Shown piece by piece: positions 47,733 to 60,745 of a stretch of 64,000 nucleotides of DNA. The notes below the pieces were generated by a model. It worked only from the letters and a program-made list of their open reading frames with translations, was not told where the DNA came from and did not search any database. Within the stretch, counting starts at the first letter, position 1; each line of letters starts with the position of its first letter. The position numbers were made by a program, and so were the translations under genes. This stretch comes from Heteronotia binoei (taxonomy: Eukaryota): positions 16,182,001 to 16,246,000 of the forward strand of contig NC_083237.1 in assembly GCF_032191835.1 (NCBI RefSeq). The letters run 5' to 3'.

Positions 47733-50700
47733 GTAAGAATGATTTTTTCCCCACAGTATTGCTTTATTGTATTCTGTGTATTGTAATGGAAGGCTAAATG
47801 TGAGCTATGATATTCATGGGCTCCCTCCCAATAAATCTTCATCTTAAACTGCATGGGTTTCATTAGAAAACAAATAGTATCTTCTGCGTTTTATGCCCAC
47901 ATGAAAAGAACAACAACAAACTTTTGTAGAACTCTAAATTTTACTGTTGCATTAACAGTGGAATCTTCTCCCTGATTCAAGGAACCATCCCCCTGTAGAA
48001 TACACTTTCACTAGATGATGTTCCATTGTTAGGGCCATGGCTCAGTGGTAAAGCATTTACTTTGCATGCAGAAGGTTGGAGGTTCGATCCTTGGCATATC
48101 CAGTTGAAAAATCTGGCCATATTAGATGTGAAAGACCTCTGCCAGGGACACTGATGAGCTACTGCCAATTTGAGTAGACAGTACTAATTTTGATGGACCA
48201 AGGGTCTGATTCAATATAAGATTCATCATGTGTACCTGTTTCTCAAATGTAAGCTTCCTAAATTGTATGGAACCAGCCTCTCAATTTTGACTCCCCTCAT
48301 GAACATTTCTATAGCATATTGAACACAAGAAAGAATATTCCCCCTACACACACACAAAAGAATGAGACTGCACTAATAATTTAAAGCAGGGCTTTTGTTG
48401 TAGCAGGAACTCCTTTGCATTTTAAGCCACACACCCCTGATGTAGCCAATTCTCCAAGAGATTTACAGGAGGCCCTGTAAGAACAGCCCTGTAAACTCTT
48501 GGAGGATTGGCAACATTAGGGGTGTGTGGCTTAAAATGCAAAGGAGTTCCTGCTACAACAAAAGCCCTGAGTTGAACCTATTGCCAATGAGTATGTATGC
48601 TAACAATCTGTTCCACTGTTGAACTGATATTTCGAGGTCAGCTAAGGGACCGCTCATAGTTACCAGGCCTCAGGGCTATAGGATTTGATTTCCTTGAGTT
48701 CATTTTGTAAAGTGATGTTGCACTGAAATGCATTAAATGTTATCATTTGAACTGAACTTGCTGTAATGCAGCATCTCACTCTCTTTGCAGAGTAATGCCT
48801 CAGCTTTACCAGAACATCCTGGCTTTGGTGTTTGCTGTAAAAGAGATCAATGAAAATCCTCAACTCTTACCCAACATCACGTTGGGTATCCACACCTATA
48901 ATAACTATTTTAGTCCAAGCTTAACCTATCACGCTGCAATGGAACTTCTCTCCACAAAGGGGAGGTTCATTCCCAACTATAAGTGCAACCACCAGAACAA
49001 CTTAGTGGCAGTTTTGGGGGGACCAAACTCTAATTTGTGTATCTACTTGGCAGAAATTCTGGGCATCTTCAAGATTCCACAGGTAAAATGGCTCATAGTT
49101 CAATGAATGATAAGAAGCCTTCAACATTTCCTTGGTCTCAGTGTCTGAAGGTAGAAATTGGCTCATTGAAATACCAGAGACACATCCTGCATGATGGCCA
49201 AGGAAAATATTAGAGATAGATTATTTAGTACCGAGATACAAAATAATTCATGGGTATTGGTTTGTCTATGCAGACGGTAATTGCTGTGATACTGGAAAAC
49301 ATTTCCACCATCTCTTAGAGCAAGTTATTGTGGAAGTGACTAAAGCATATTCTTCAACACAATCACTTGAAGGGTTTTCTGGGTTTTGGCATGCAGAATC
49401 ATGTTTCCCTTTTTTGAGTAGTGATCAGAGTTACATATAGCTGGTGGGCAGTAGTTAAGCATGCAAACTAATATGCTTAACCACTTAACCTGTATCCACC
49501 AGCTATATGTAACTCTGATCACTGTACCCCATTTCATTGTCTGATGAAGTGTGCATGCCCACAGCAGTTTACATTCTGAATAAAACTCCGTTGGTCTTAA
49601 AGGTGTTACTGGACTCCCACTTGGTTCTATTGCTTCAGACCGACATGGCTGCCCACCTGGACCTGTTTTAGTAGTATACCATAAAGGACAGCCTAAGTTT
49701 CTCTTTACCCATGTATGTTTTTTATCAAGTGAAAATTTCACATAATATTCTGAACAGCCACAATGTCCATGCTACTCCCTTCCCTCTCCCTATTGACGTT
49801 GTAGGTGGCCCAATGCAAGCAAAATAGAAACACTTGTTGAACCAATAACCTGCTCTTTCTTTACAGACTCATATTGCTTTTAATGATCTTGTATGCTTTT
49901 ATAGTTCAGTGCATTCATATAATAACTGATTCGTGGAGACCACAGGACTATGAGTTTTTTCAAAGCAAGAGATGAGCAGAGGTGGTTGCCTGTCTCATCT
50001 AAGAGTTCTTCTAGACATTCATTACTATAAAACGAAGACCATCGTTCTTTTTAGCCAGGTGCAAAAGCTTCTATTGAGAATTATTCTAACTCGATGCCAG
50101 GTCTTCTTGTTTCCAGCAAAAAAGCTCTAGTAGTAGGAGTAAGATATGATTTTTATACGTTAATTTCTTAAGCAAATGTTTCCCACCCCACAGCTTTAAG
50201 CTGGAGCTAACATGGATCACATTACAATACCATTGTAAGGATTACAGCAGAATAGGTATATGAAGAGATTTGAACACATAAAGGATTATTTACATGGTAC
50301 CTGAGTTCCATCAAGTTACAACCAATTTATAGTGCCCCCAGTAAGGGGCTTTCAATACAAGTGAGAAGTAGAGATGGCTTGTTAGTGTTTTCCTCTGCAG
50401 AGTTTTCCCCGTAGTCTCCCATCCAAATACTGACCCTGCTTAGCTTCTCAGATGTGAGGACATTGAGCTATACCATGACACATTCTCTTCTCATTTACAT
50501 AGGTTCATTGATATATACTGCTCTGTAAAGGCAAAATGTGCATTGTGGATCTTGGTAGCAACTGTTACCATCTGGCATGTATACTATTTGTCCCTGGCAC
50601 ATTCATCAAACCAGGGAATTGAGTATGAAATAGCTCTCTGCTGTCTCCTTTCTTTCCTTTAGCTCCTCTATGGCTCTGCTCCAGTAATGCCCAGCCAAAA

Positions 50701-53700
50701 TGAAGTGGCTTTCCTTTACAAGATGTTTCCCAGTTGGGCCACTCAGTACATGGGGATTGTGAAGTTACTTCTTCATTTCAGATGGATATGGGTTGGGGTG
50801 ATCTATGTGGATGATGAATATGGGCAGCGATTTGTACAGGAGGTGCTTCCAATCTTTTCCAAGGATGGTGTCTGCTTTGATTTTATAGCAAAGTTTCCTA
50901 CAATGACTTTTACTAATGCTTTTTTTAAAATGGTAGAAGAAAACAACAACATAACTGCAGTTGTTATGGGAAGCACAGCCCAAGCAGTGGTGGTACATGG
51001 TGAAATTCAAACCATGATTATTTTCCAAATATTGCTGAGGACTGCAGAATTTAAAGAAATGCCTATGAGGATGAAAGGCAAAGTCTGGATTTTGACAGCC
51101 CAGGTAGATTTCACATCAATTGATATTCAAAGAAGTTGGGACATCAACTTCATCCACGGTGCTTTATCCTTTGCAGTTAACTCAAAAGAGGTCTTAGGAT
51201 TTGTTCAATTTCTTCGGGAAAGGGATCCTGCCTCTGAAAAAGAAGATGGCTTTATTGGGGATTTTTGGAAACGGGCTTTTGACTGTTCACTCCCCAGTAC
51301 CACAGAAGCCGCAACTGATGAAGAAATCTGCACTGGGGAGGAGAAGCTGGAGAGTCTTCCTGGGTCTGTCTTTGAAATGAGCATGAGCGGCCACAGCTAC
51401 AGCATCTACACTGCTGTCTATGTGGTGGCACATGCATTACAGGCTATGTCTTCATCCATGCTCAAACACAGAACGCTGGCAGATGCAGGGATAAAAAAGT
51501 TTCTGAATCAACAGCCATCGCAGGTAATGCCTAGAAGGCTCTTGATTGCAGGGGAGCGCCCCAAAATTAGAGATCAGACAGCATTAGGGAACTAGAGACC
51601 CCAGACTGCAAAATGAGCCCGTAGCCAGAAAATTTTAGATTGGGGGAGGGGGTCACAGGGCACAAAATCACATCAGAAAAGAGCATAGTGCTTTATTTTC
51701 TCTCCCCCCACAGAACCCAGTCCCCGGTAGTGAAGAAGGCCCCAGCCCTGTGATGCATTTCTTGCTCCCCGCCCTTCCTTGCTTGCCTGGTCTGACTTGA
51801 GCAAGTTGGAAAAAAGCGAGAAGCCCAGAGGAGGAGATGGGAATCTGGCGGCTTACTCCAAGGGGCTATTCCCGGGGCAGCTGCTGCTGCTTGGCCAGGA
51901 CAAACATGGGCCCCACTGTTCCTAGCTGCTCTTGCTCCCAGCCACCTCTGCTATAGCTGGCGTGTCTGGCAGAGGAACTGTTGAGCTCCAAACAGTCACT
52001 GCCGCTACCTTCCAGGGAAGAACAGATGCACATGCCGGAAGGGGGGGAGCCCAATTCGGTGACCCCTCGCTCCCGGCGCCCTAGGCAACTGCCTAGTTTG
52101 CTTAGTGGGCGAGCCGGCCCTGGCTGCAAAAGCAGAGATTTTAGCAATTAAACATCTACTTCATAATCATTCCCTGGTTATGTTTCAAGGGAGGTTCTGT
52201 GGCTCAGAGAGATAGTATTTGTTTTGCATGCAAAAGGTCACAGGTTCAATCCCCAACATCTCCAGTTAAAGAATCATGCAGTAGGTGATGGGAAAGACCT
52301 TTCTATCTGAGATGCTTGAGAGCCGCTGCCATCTGAGTGGACAATACTGACTATGGCCCAGGGTCTCATTCAGCTCAAGGCAGCCATATGTGGGTTCAAG
52401 TAAGTCCATTAAGGAGACAGGAATCTGATTATTTTCTCTGGGCTTAACTGCTATAACCAAGTACTAACATTCTTACATATGCATCTAGTTCCATGAATTT
52501 TTGAAAAGGGTCTCATTCAACAACACTGCTGGGGACCTGGTTGCCTTTGATCAAAATATGGAGATAGCGGCTGGACTTGATATCATCAACTGGGTCACAT
52601 TTCCCAACAAGTCCTTTTTTAGAGCCAAAGTTGGAAGGATGGACCCAAAACTTCCAGAAGACAAAGTGTTCACCATTCATGAAGATGGAATCATTTGGCC
52701 CCGCATGTTTAATCAGGTGGGCTTTAGTTGCTTTTCAGAGACTATCAGTTCCATTTCCTGGAGTTCCATTAGTGGTTTCTAGTTAAATTCTGGAACAGCC
52801 TCTGTGGTCTGTCAATCAGATAAGCCCCAATCTGGTCATATTTTTCAATTTGTATGATATAGTGCATTCCATACATGGAAGAGGCGAGGTGGTAGTGAAT
52901 CATAAGCTCTTTATTGATTTCAGCATAGTAAGGCCTAAGTATGACTGGAGAAAAGGGCCAACAGGGCCAACCTTTTATACATGTCAGGGTTCCCGTGCTA
53001 GCGTTCTATTGGTCCATTCAAACTAGCAGGGGACTCATGATTGGAGCAGGGCAACAGGGATTTGGATCCTGCTGCCTATTGTTCCCAACTCCCCAAGCTC
53101 TGGTCATCTGGCTCCAATGAGCCATATGGGAACACTCAATTCAGTTCTCACTTGACTCCACACACATAACAATTTGAAATCATAAAATTGCAAAATTTTG
53201 AACATATATTGCATTTAAACCATTTGCTGCTTATTGTGCATCTTAGGTGATTTACTCAGGACAGAGTAAGTCATCCTTCAAAGAGTGAGTCTTCATTTCC
53301 ACTAAAGAAAATAGGATTTGTTAGCCATGTGTTGCCCTGAACTGGATGGCCCAGACTAGCCCAATTGCATCAGATCTGGGAAGCTAAGCAAAGGTTAGCC
53401 CTGGTTAATCCTAAAATGGGAGAAGCCAGGAAGTCCAGGATTACAAAACAAAGGCAGTCAATGGCAAACCACCACTGAGCATCTTTTACCTTACAAGCTC
53501 CACATGGTGTCTATAAGTTGTCTGTTACTTGATGGCACTTCCTACGTTCTAGAGGCAGCTAAGTTTTCTTGAGTTCTGTATAGTATATGTAAATCTGTCT
53601 TCTAGTGGAAAACATCCCAATATTCCATTACATATCACGTGGTCTCCAAAAGAGATGTTGTTATGCCACTCCAGTGTCAACCCTCTACTTACGTAGATGA

Positions 53701-55097
53701 TTGACCAGTGAAATTCAGCTATTGAAATGTATTTCCTGGATGGGGGGGGGGGGAGAGAGACAAAATCCTTCCTCTCTTTCATTCTTGACAGGTTCAGCCC
53801 CTTTCTCTGTGCAATGACAGATGCCATTCAGGCCAAAGAAAGAAAAAGAAGGAAGGGAAACCATTTTGCTGCTATGATTGCCATTCATGTCCAGAAGGGA
53901 AGATTTCAAACCTGGAGGGTAAGAACTGAATACTCTGAGTTTATAACATATTCCTGTTTCTTCTTCAGAAACTTACAGTTTTAAGGCTAGATTTTTGTTA
54001 TAGTTAAAACTTTGAATATAGATTTCCTCGTTAATTTTAGAGTAATTAAAAAAAAAACTCACAAGGTGTGATGCATGCAATATTGAGATTTCCATGAAAC
54101 ATCCCTAAGTACCCTATAGTAAATATACTAATGCAGAGCACTGTACAAAGGTCTTATATGTACCTATGCCCACATTTCTTTTTCAGATACCAATGACTGT
54201 TTTCAGTGCTCGGAAGATCAATATCCAAATACTAATCAGGACTTATGCCTGCAAAAACGTATAAGTTTCTTAAGTTATGAAGATCCTTTGGGGATCGCTT
54301 TGGCCAGTTTTGCACTTTCCTTCTCTTTTATGGCAGCTCTTGTGCTTGGCATCTTCATTAAGAACCAGGACACTCCCATAGTCAAAGCCAACAACCGGAA
54401 TCTCTCCTACATTCTCCTCATCTCCCTCCTACTCTCCTTCCTTTGTGCCTTGCTTTTCATCGGCAGACCTGAGAAGCTCTCGTGTCTCCTTCAACAAACT
54501 ACTTTTGGCATCATCTTCTCAGTGGCTGTTTCTTGTGTGCTGGCCAAGACTGTCATTGTGGTTCTAGCTTTCATGGCCACCAAGCCAGGGTCCAGGATGA
54601 GAAATTGGGTGGGGAAACGACTGGCCAACTCCATTGTTCTTTCTTGCTCTTTGATTCAAACAACTATTTGTACAGTTTGGTTAATAACGTCTCCTCCATT
54701 CCCAGAATTTGACATGCACTCAATGACTGAAGAAATTGTTCTGAAATGTAACGAAGGGTCAGTCTCCATGTTTTATTGTGTCTTGGGCTACATGAGCTTC
54801 CTGGCCACTGTGAGTTTCATGGTAGCTTTCTTAGGCAGGAAGTTACCTGATAGTTTTAATGAAGCCAAGTTCATCACCTTCAGCATGCTGGTCTTTTGCA
54901 GTGTTTGGCTGTCGTTTGTTCCAACCTATTTGAGCACCAAAGGAAAATACATGGTGGCTGTGGAGGTCTTCTCCATCTTAGCCTCCAGTGCTGGGTTGCT
55001 AGGCTGCATATTTTTCCCTAAATGTTATATTATAGTTTTGAGGCCTGAACTGAATGGCAAAGTTCAAATTATCAGAAGACCAAATGGAAGATTCTAA
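47515..55097 (+). CDS. V2R vomeronasal type-2 receptor, intact, 6 exons, 878 aa (copy B)
   Basis: join(47515-47732,48791-49082,50663-51523,52489-52716,53792-53918,54187-55097). All introns GT-AG, frame continuous. Confidence 0.93.
48791..49082 (+). CDS. V2R-B exon 2
   Basis: 292 nt; ...[11 protein letters not shown]...KIPQ|gt. Confidence 0.93.
50663..51523 (+). CDS. V2R-B exon 3
   Basis: 861 nt, overlapping ORF 50687-51595. Confidence 0.93.
52489..52716 (+). CDS. V2R-B exon 4
   Basis: 228 nt; [12 protein letters not shown]...MFNQ|gt. Confidence 0.92.
53792..53918 (+). CDS. V2R-B exon 5
   Basis: 127 nt; [30 protein letters not shown]... Confidence 0.92.
54187..55097 (+). CDS. V2R-B exon 6 (7TM)
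   Basis: tttcag|at acc..., continuing into ORF 54288-55097. Confidence 0.94.
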
Positions 55098-55142
55098 CCA
55101 TCTTCCACATTGATACAGTTAGCCAATACTCTGTCTCACAAA

Positions 55143-55148
55143 AATAAA
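55143..55148 (+). terminator. Candidate proximal polyadenylation signal, copy B only
   Basis: cacaaAATAAAatgacc in copy B versus cacagaaggaaaatgacc in copy A. Confidence 0.35.
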
Positions 55149-56113
55149 ATGACCGATTTCACACAGTTTACCTCACGGTCACGTTCCTGTTCTCTGCGCA
55201 GCGTCCATCGGTTTTAACGGTTTACGTTTTTTAAGCGAAACCCACGACACTTCCTGTAACTCCAGCGCAGATAGTGCAAAATCCGACGGACACTGCGCAG
55301 AGAACAGAAATGTGACCGCATGGTAAGCTGTGTGCGAAATCTTAACTTTGACCTGACCAACTCACCAGTTTGCTTTCAGTAGGTTGTAATAATGTCTACA
55401 TCTAAGTAAACTGAGGTGCTTTCTGCTATGTCATTTATGCCCTGTATAGAGTGTGAACAGTGAAGCCCAACAGAGAAAAGGCAGCAGAAATTGATTGTTC
55501 CATCATCCTGGGATTCAATTCTAGCTGAAGTCCTCTTCGTCTCTGCTACCATTTGGCATTCATGAACCCAGTGAGATATCTGCTAGATAGCTGTGAGATA
55601 GTCTTCCATTTTGCCTCATTTGGGACTACCCAAAATGATATCCCACTTGATATCCTTGGGAAACTCTGGTACTGGCCTGTTGGTAGACTTTCGGTAGAAA
55701 CTGGTAGACCAATTTCACACTCAGCTTACCCCGTGGTCACGTTCCGCTTCTTTGCGCAGCGTCCGTCGGATTTCCCACTATCTGCGACGGAGTTACATGA
55801 AGTGTTGTGGCTTTCGCACAGTGAACGGAAACTGGTTTTTAGTGGTTTCCATTTGCTGCATGAAAGACACAATGCTTCCTGTAACTCTGGCACAGATAGT
55901 TGGAAATCCGACGGACCCTGCGCAGAGAAGAGGAATGTGACCACGGGGTAAGCTGAGTGCGAAATTAGTCACAAAACTGTTTTCCACCCTCCTAAGGAGG
56001 AGATGCTTCACCTCTCTTGAATAAACCCTGTTTGTGTTTTAACTTCTCCTTATGAGGGGTAAGAAATTATTAGAGAGCCTTTGTATTCATTTTGAAATAT
56101 TGTTCCCTGTATT

Positions 56114-56316
56114 NNNNNNNNNNNNNNNNNNNNNNNNNNNNNNNNNNNNNNNNNNNNNNNNNNNNNNNNNNNNNNNNNNNNNNNNNNNNNNNNNNNNNNN
56201 NNNNNNNNNNNNNNNNNNNNNNNNNNNNNNNNNNNNNNNNNNNNNNNNNNNNNNNNNNNNNNNNNNNNNNNNNNNNNNNNNNNNNNNNNNNNNNNNNNNN
56301 NNNNNNNNNNNNNNNN
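56114..56316. other. Assembly gap
   Basis: Run of N at a position homologous to the gap at 31418-32278. Confidence 1.
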
Positions 56317-58046
56317 TTTCAATATATTTTCTTGCAGATGCTCCTTAAAAATCAGGAATTCTTAAGAGTGCTGTGTCTTCTATGACATCTCACTACCAGA
56401 CTCCATTTTTTTTTGTTGCTTATGCACTAGAAGATGGGTTTAGCACACATGTTGGTGTGGATAACTTTGTGGTCCTAAGGTCATGTGAAGGGGTGAGGGC
56501 TCAGGCAACTCTTTCCAAACCAACATGGAGAAACATGGATGGGGTGAAACAGGACAAAGTTTTATTGACAACAGCAGTAGTATTGGTGAAGTACAGGGTA
56601 TGGATCAAGGTAATGGGTGACCCACCTGATGGCTGATGGAGCCACTCCCCTCATTCTCCCTGATGGAAGGGGAAATTTAGAATGGCAAGTATGGTGGAGC
56701 ACATGGCCATTTACCTCTGTGTGTGTGCCTTGCTATGTGAGCTGAGCTTGTAACCCCTTGGCTCCCCCCCAAGACAAAAAGAAATACACTGCTGTAAGCA
56801 GAAGACAATGGGATGGCGGGAGGGGTGGCTGAAGATGAATTTGTGAGCTTCTGGTGGCCACATGGCCTTTTAAAGAGGCAGGAGGTGTTCCAGAGCAGCC
56901 TCCTGGCCAAGAGCCCTCCCTGGCCTACCCACACCCCGCCAATAAGGCAGCGAGGAATAGGCTGGTAAAGAAGGAAACTCTCCAGGTACCCACCAGTCAC
57001 CATCAAGGCACTGACCATGAGAACAGGAGCTACACAGGCACTCCTCCAATCTGCCTATGATCCTGCTTCAGGCCTGTGGCTGCAAAGTAAGTTTGGGGCT
57101 GTTGCTTATTGTCCCTGTGGAAAAAATGGCCATTCCTAAAAGGTTCACCCCAATATGGGGGCTTCAACCTGGTTTTAACAAGTTTTAACAAGTTTTCCTG
57201 TCAACAAACTTCAGGTGAGAGAAGAGGAGTCAATTACTCCCCCATCTAGTTGATTGTTTTCAAGCAGTTGGTAAGTCAAGTTTACTCATGGAAACATATC
57301 TAAAAGGATGAGAGTAATGAAGTGGACCATTGAGGATGTAAATAATAAAGAAGTTATAAAAAATATTCCGCCCATATAAAATTTACACACACACACACAC
57401 ACATAAATCATAGTGAATGGTGCGGTTCTGGATATAAAGGCACAAGCATATCATTACTCTGCAGTGATAATAGATGGCGTAAAAAAAGACTAGGCATCAG
57501 CCTTCCCTTTTGGGGGGGAAGAACTTTCTTTCTGTGGAGGGAAAGAGGGCAGTTGAGCCAAGAGAGACAACTACAAAAACAAAGAATGAACATTAAGTGG
57601 GTGGAAAGAGCAAGGAACACTCCTGGGCCTTCTGAAAGTGGAAGAAAGCAAATGGTCACAGCATTCTACCCCCCTCCCCTGGGAAGAGAAATTAAAAGGT
57701 ACCACTTGCTGCAAGCACATCAGAAGAGTAATGATGGCACTTGTGTCTTCTTATAGCAATAAAAAGGTAAAGGTAGGTCCCTGTGCAAGCACCAGTCATT
57801 TTTGACTCTAGGGTGACATTGCTTTCACAACAGTTTCACACCAGACTTTTTACCTTGCCTTCCCTAGTCATCTACACCCCCCCCCAGCAAACTGGGTCTC
57901 ATTTTACCGACCTCGGAAGGATGGAAGGCTGAGTCAACCTAGAGCTGGCTACCTGAACCAACTTCCGCTGTGATCGAACTCAGGTCATGAGCAGAGGGTT
58001 CTGAATGCAGTGCTGCAGCTTTACCACTCTGCGCCACAGGGCTCTT

Positions 58047-58262
58047 GAACATATGAACATATGAAGCTGCCTTCTACTGAATCAGACCCTCGGTCCATCA
58101 AAGTCAGTATTGTCTTCTCAGACTGGCAGCGGCTCTCCAGGGTCTCAAGCTGAGGCTTTTCACACCTATTTGCCTGGACCCTTTTTTGGAGATGCCGGGG
58201 ATTGAACCTGGGACCTTCTGCTTCCCAAGCAGATGCTCTACCACTGAGCCACTGTCCCTCCC
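58047..58262 (-). mobile_element. Full-length Squam3-like SINE, copy B only
   Basis: TSD ctctt (58042-58046 / 58263-58267); copy A has the empty site gggctcttcttatag near 34449-34463. Confidence 0.92.
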
Positions 58263-60745
58263 CTCTTCTTATAGCAATACAGATATTTTATATCATGTAG
58301 CTATCATACTTGTTTATTAGCATGGTATTGTAAGGCCTCTTTGCATTAAAAAAAGAAAGAAACAAGAGTAGGGGATCCAAGCAGTGCTCCCTCTAAGCTG
58401 AGTTAGTATAGCTCACAATTTTTTAGCCTCCAGCTCACACATTTTTGTCTCATATCAGAACAAACTAATTTATGCAGTAGCTCACAATTTTAAATGCCAG
58501 TAGCCCCCAAAGTAGAATTCTTTGCTCACAAGACTCCACAGCTTAGAGGGAACATTGGATCCAAGTTTCCATTTGTTAAGCCAAGAAAATAACCAAGAGT
58601 GAGCATATGTTCTCTTAAGTGGACAGAGCGTATATGTGGTCTAAGTAGGCTTGCCAACTCTGGGTTGAGAGATTCCTGAAGATTTGAGGAGTGGGTGACT
58701 GGAACCTTGGAAGGATGAAATTTGGTGAAGGGAGAGGCCTCAGCAGGGTATAATGCCACAAATTCCACCTTCCAAAGTGCCATTTTCTCCAGAGAAACTG
58801 ATTTCCATAGTGAGGAAGTGAATTTTAATGCTGTGAGCTCTTCACCTAGAGGTTGACAAGCTCTAGAGGTTGGTAGGCTGAGAGATTCCTGGAGATTTGA
58901 GGAGTGAATGACTGGAACCTTGGAAGGATGGAATTTGGTGAAGGGAGAGGCCTCAGCAGGGTATAATGCCCCAGACTCCACTTTCCAAAGTGCCATTTTC
59001 TCCAAGGAAACTGATTTCCATTGTGTGGAAGTGAATTTTAATGCTGTGGGATATTCACCTAGAGGTTGACAACCCTAGGTTTAAGACTGGTAGGCTGAGA
59101 ACTTCCCAGTGAACACAGTCAACAGGTTTATGCATATACGTGACGTGAACCTCAGCTCAGTTTGTCCCATCATCATAGTTCATTGCCCTATTTCTTTTCC
59201 TGGCTGACCATCTGGAAAGACTCTAATTGATTATGTTACATCATTGGAGCTGAAAAATATGTTGCTGTCTTCCAGATCTGAGCAGCCCAAAATGGAATAC
59301 CATTGGGTAGTATTTAATGATAACTCAAGTGCCATTTGGATTTTGAAGGATTTCAATTTTTTCTCCATTCACAATTTATTAAATTAAATTAAATTCTACA
59401 GTGAACATTAATACAGGTTACTGACCACATTGTTCCATCAATCTACTATATTGTTCATCCATGTTTTATAATAGAAAACATTTTCCAATTAATCCACACA
59501 CAATTAATACACCTATTTGCTAACCATGAGTCATTTTCTGTGCTGAATCTTATTATCTTATATCACCCGTTTCCTCTAAGGATTTCCATTTTGAGAAACA
59601 GGTAGAGTTCCCATTTGTCCACTTATAGTGGAAGAACTTCTACCAATTTTAACCCATTCTCACTGATAGCTCAATTGATCAATGCGTGGAAACTGAGGCT
59701 AAAGGGGGGCACTGGTTCTGAAGATAAAAATTAAAAAGATGGTTTCTGGTGATTGGAAGAGCTACCCTTGTCACTTTCAGGTACCTCTAGGAATCACTTG
59801 GAACAGTATGGTCAACATTGCTAGAGATACCCTTGCACTTCTATGCGGCTCTAGGAGTCACCAGTAACTCTATGGTCAGAACTTCTGTTAAGTAGCTAAG
59901 GGCTAATTTTTAATTTCTTTTTTAATTTTATTTTTCCTGTGGATTTTGCCTCCCCCCCACTGCAACCCTCCAGCTGGTGACTTGGCATTGCTGGCAACCC
60001 TAGAACAGGCCAGTTTTCCAATACAGAAAGTTGTATGCTGTCTCTCGGAATGCACTTGTTAAGGCCTTGTTTTCCTGGTTGTCTTTCTCATTGGTGTCCA
60101 GTTGTTACAGATCCGTGTACCTGTACCCAGAATACAAGCCTGCTAAGATGTAGTCAACATATTGTCTTCTCAATGTTGTAGAAAATTGTTAATCTGAGTT
60201 GGTAAATTATCTTCTGTGTAATCAGCAAATTCATCACCATTTTCTCTCCACCCTTTGGGAGTTCTAGTCATCACTAGGAAAGGGGAGGGGAGAAGCACTC
60301 AAAGATGATGTTACTATTCACCCTGACTTTCATAGCTGAAAGAGAGTCAGGGAGGGGCTGCGTTCACTGATACTTTATACTTGGAAGGTATAAACGGTGG
60401 AGGGATGGTGGCTCAGTGGTAGAGCATCTGCTTGGGAAGCAGAAGGTCCCAGGTTTAATCCCTGGCATCTCCAAAAAAGGGTCCAGGCAAATAGGTGTGA
60501 AAAACCTCAGCTTGAGACCCTGGAGAGCCGCTGCCAGTCTGAGAAGACAATACTGACTTTGATGGACCAAAAGGTCTGATTCAGTATAAAGCAGCTTCAT
60601 ATGTACATATGTTCATACTGTTCCAACTTGGCTTTGGATAAGGCTATTAATGTCCCTTCCATCTCCTGATGTGCTGCTAAGGAATCCTTGAATATTAACA
60701 TGAAAACAGATGAACTGGTGTCTATCAGAAAGATTTTCATAGAAG

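Noticed and set aside
56854-57060. 68-aa ORF (…KETLQVP…YTGTPPICL) in a GC-richer patch
   Set aside because: The frame is not preserved in copy A (32960-33170) and I recognise no homology; probably an unclassified repeat.
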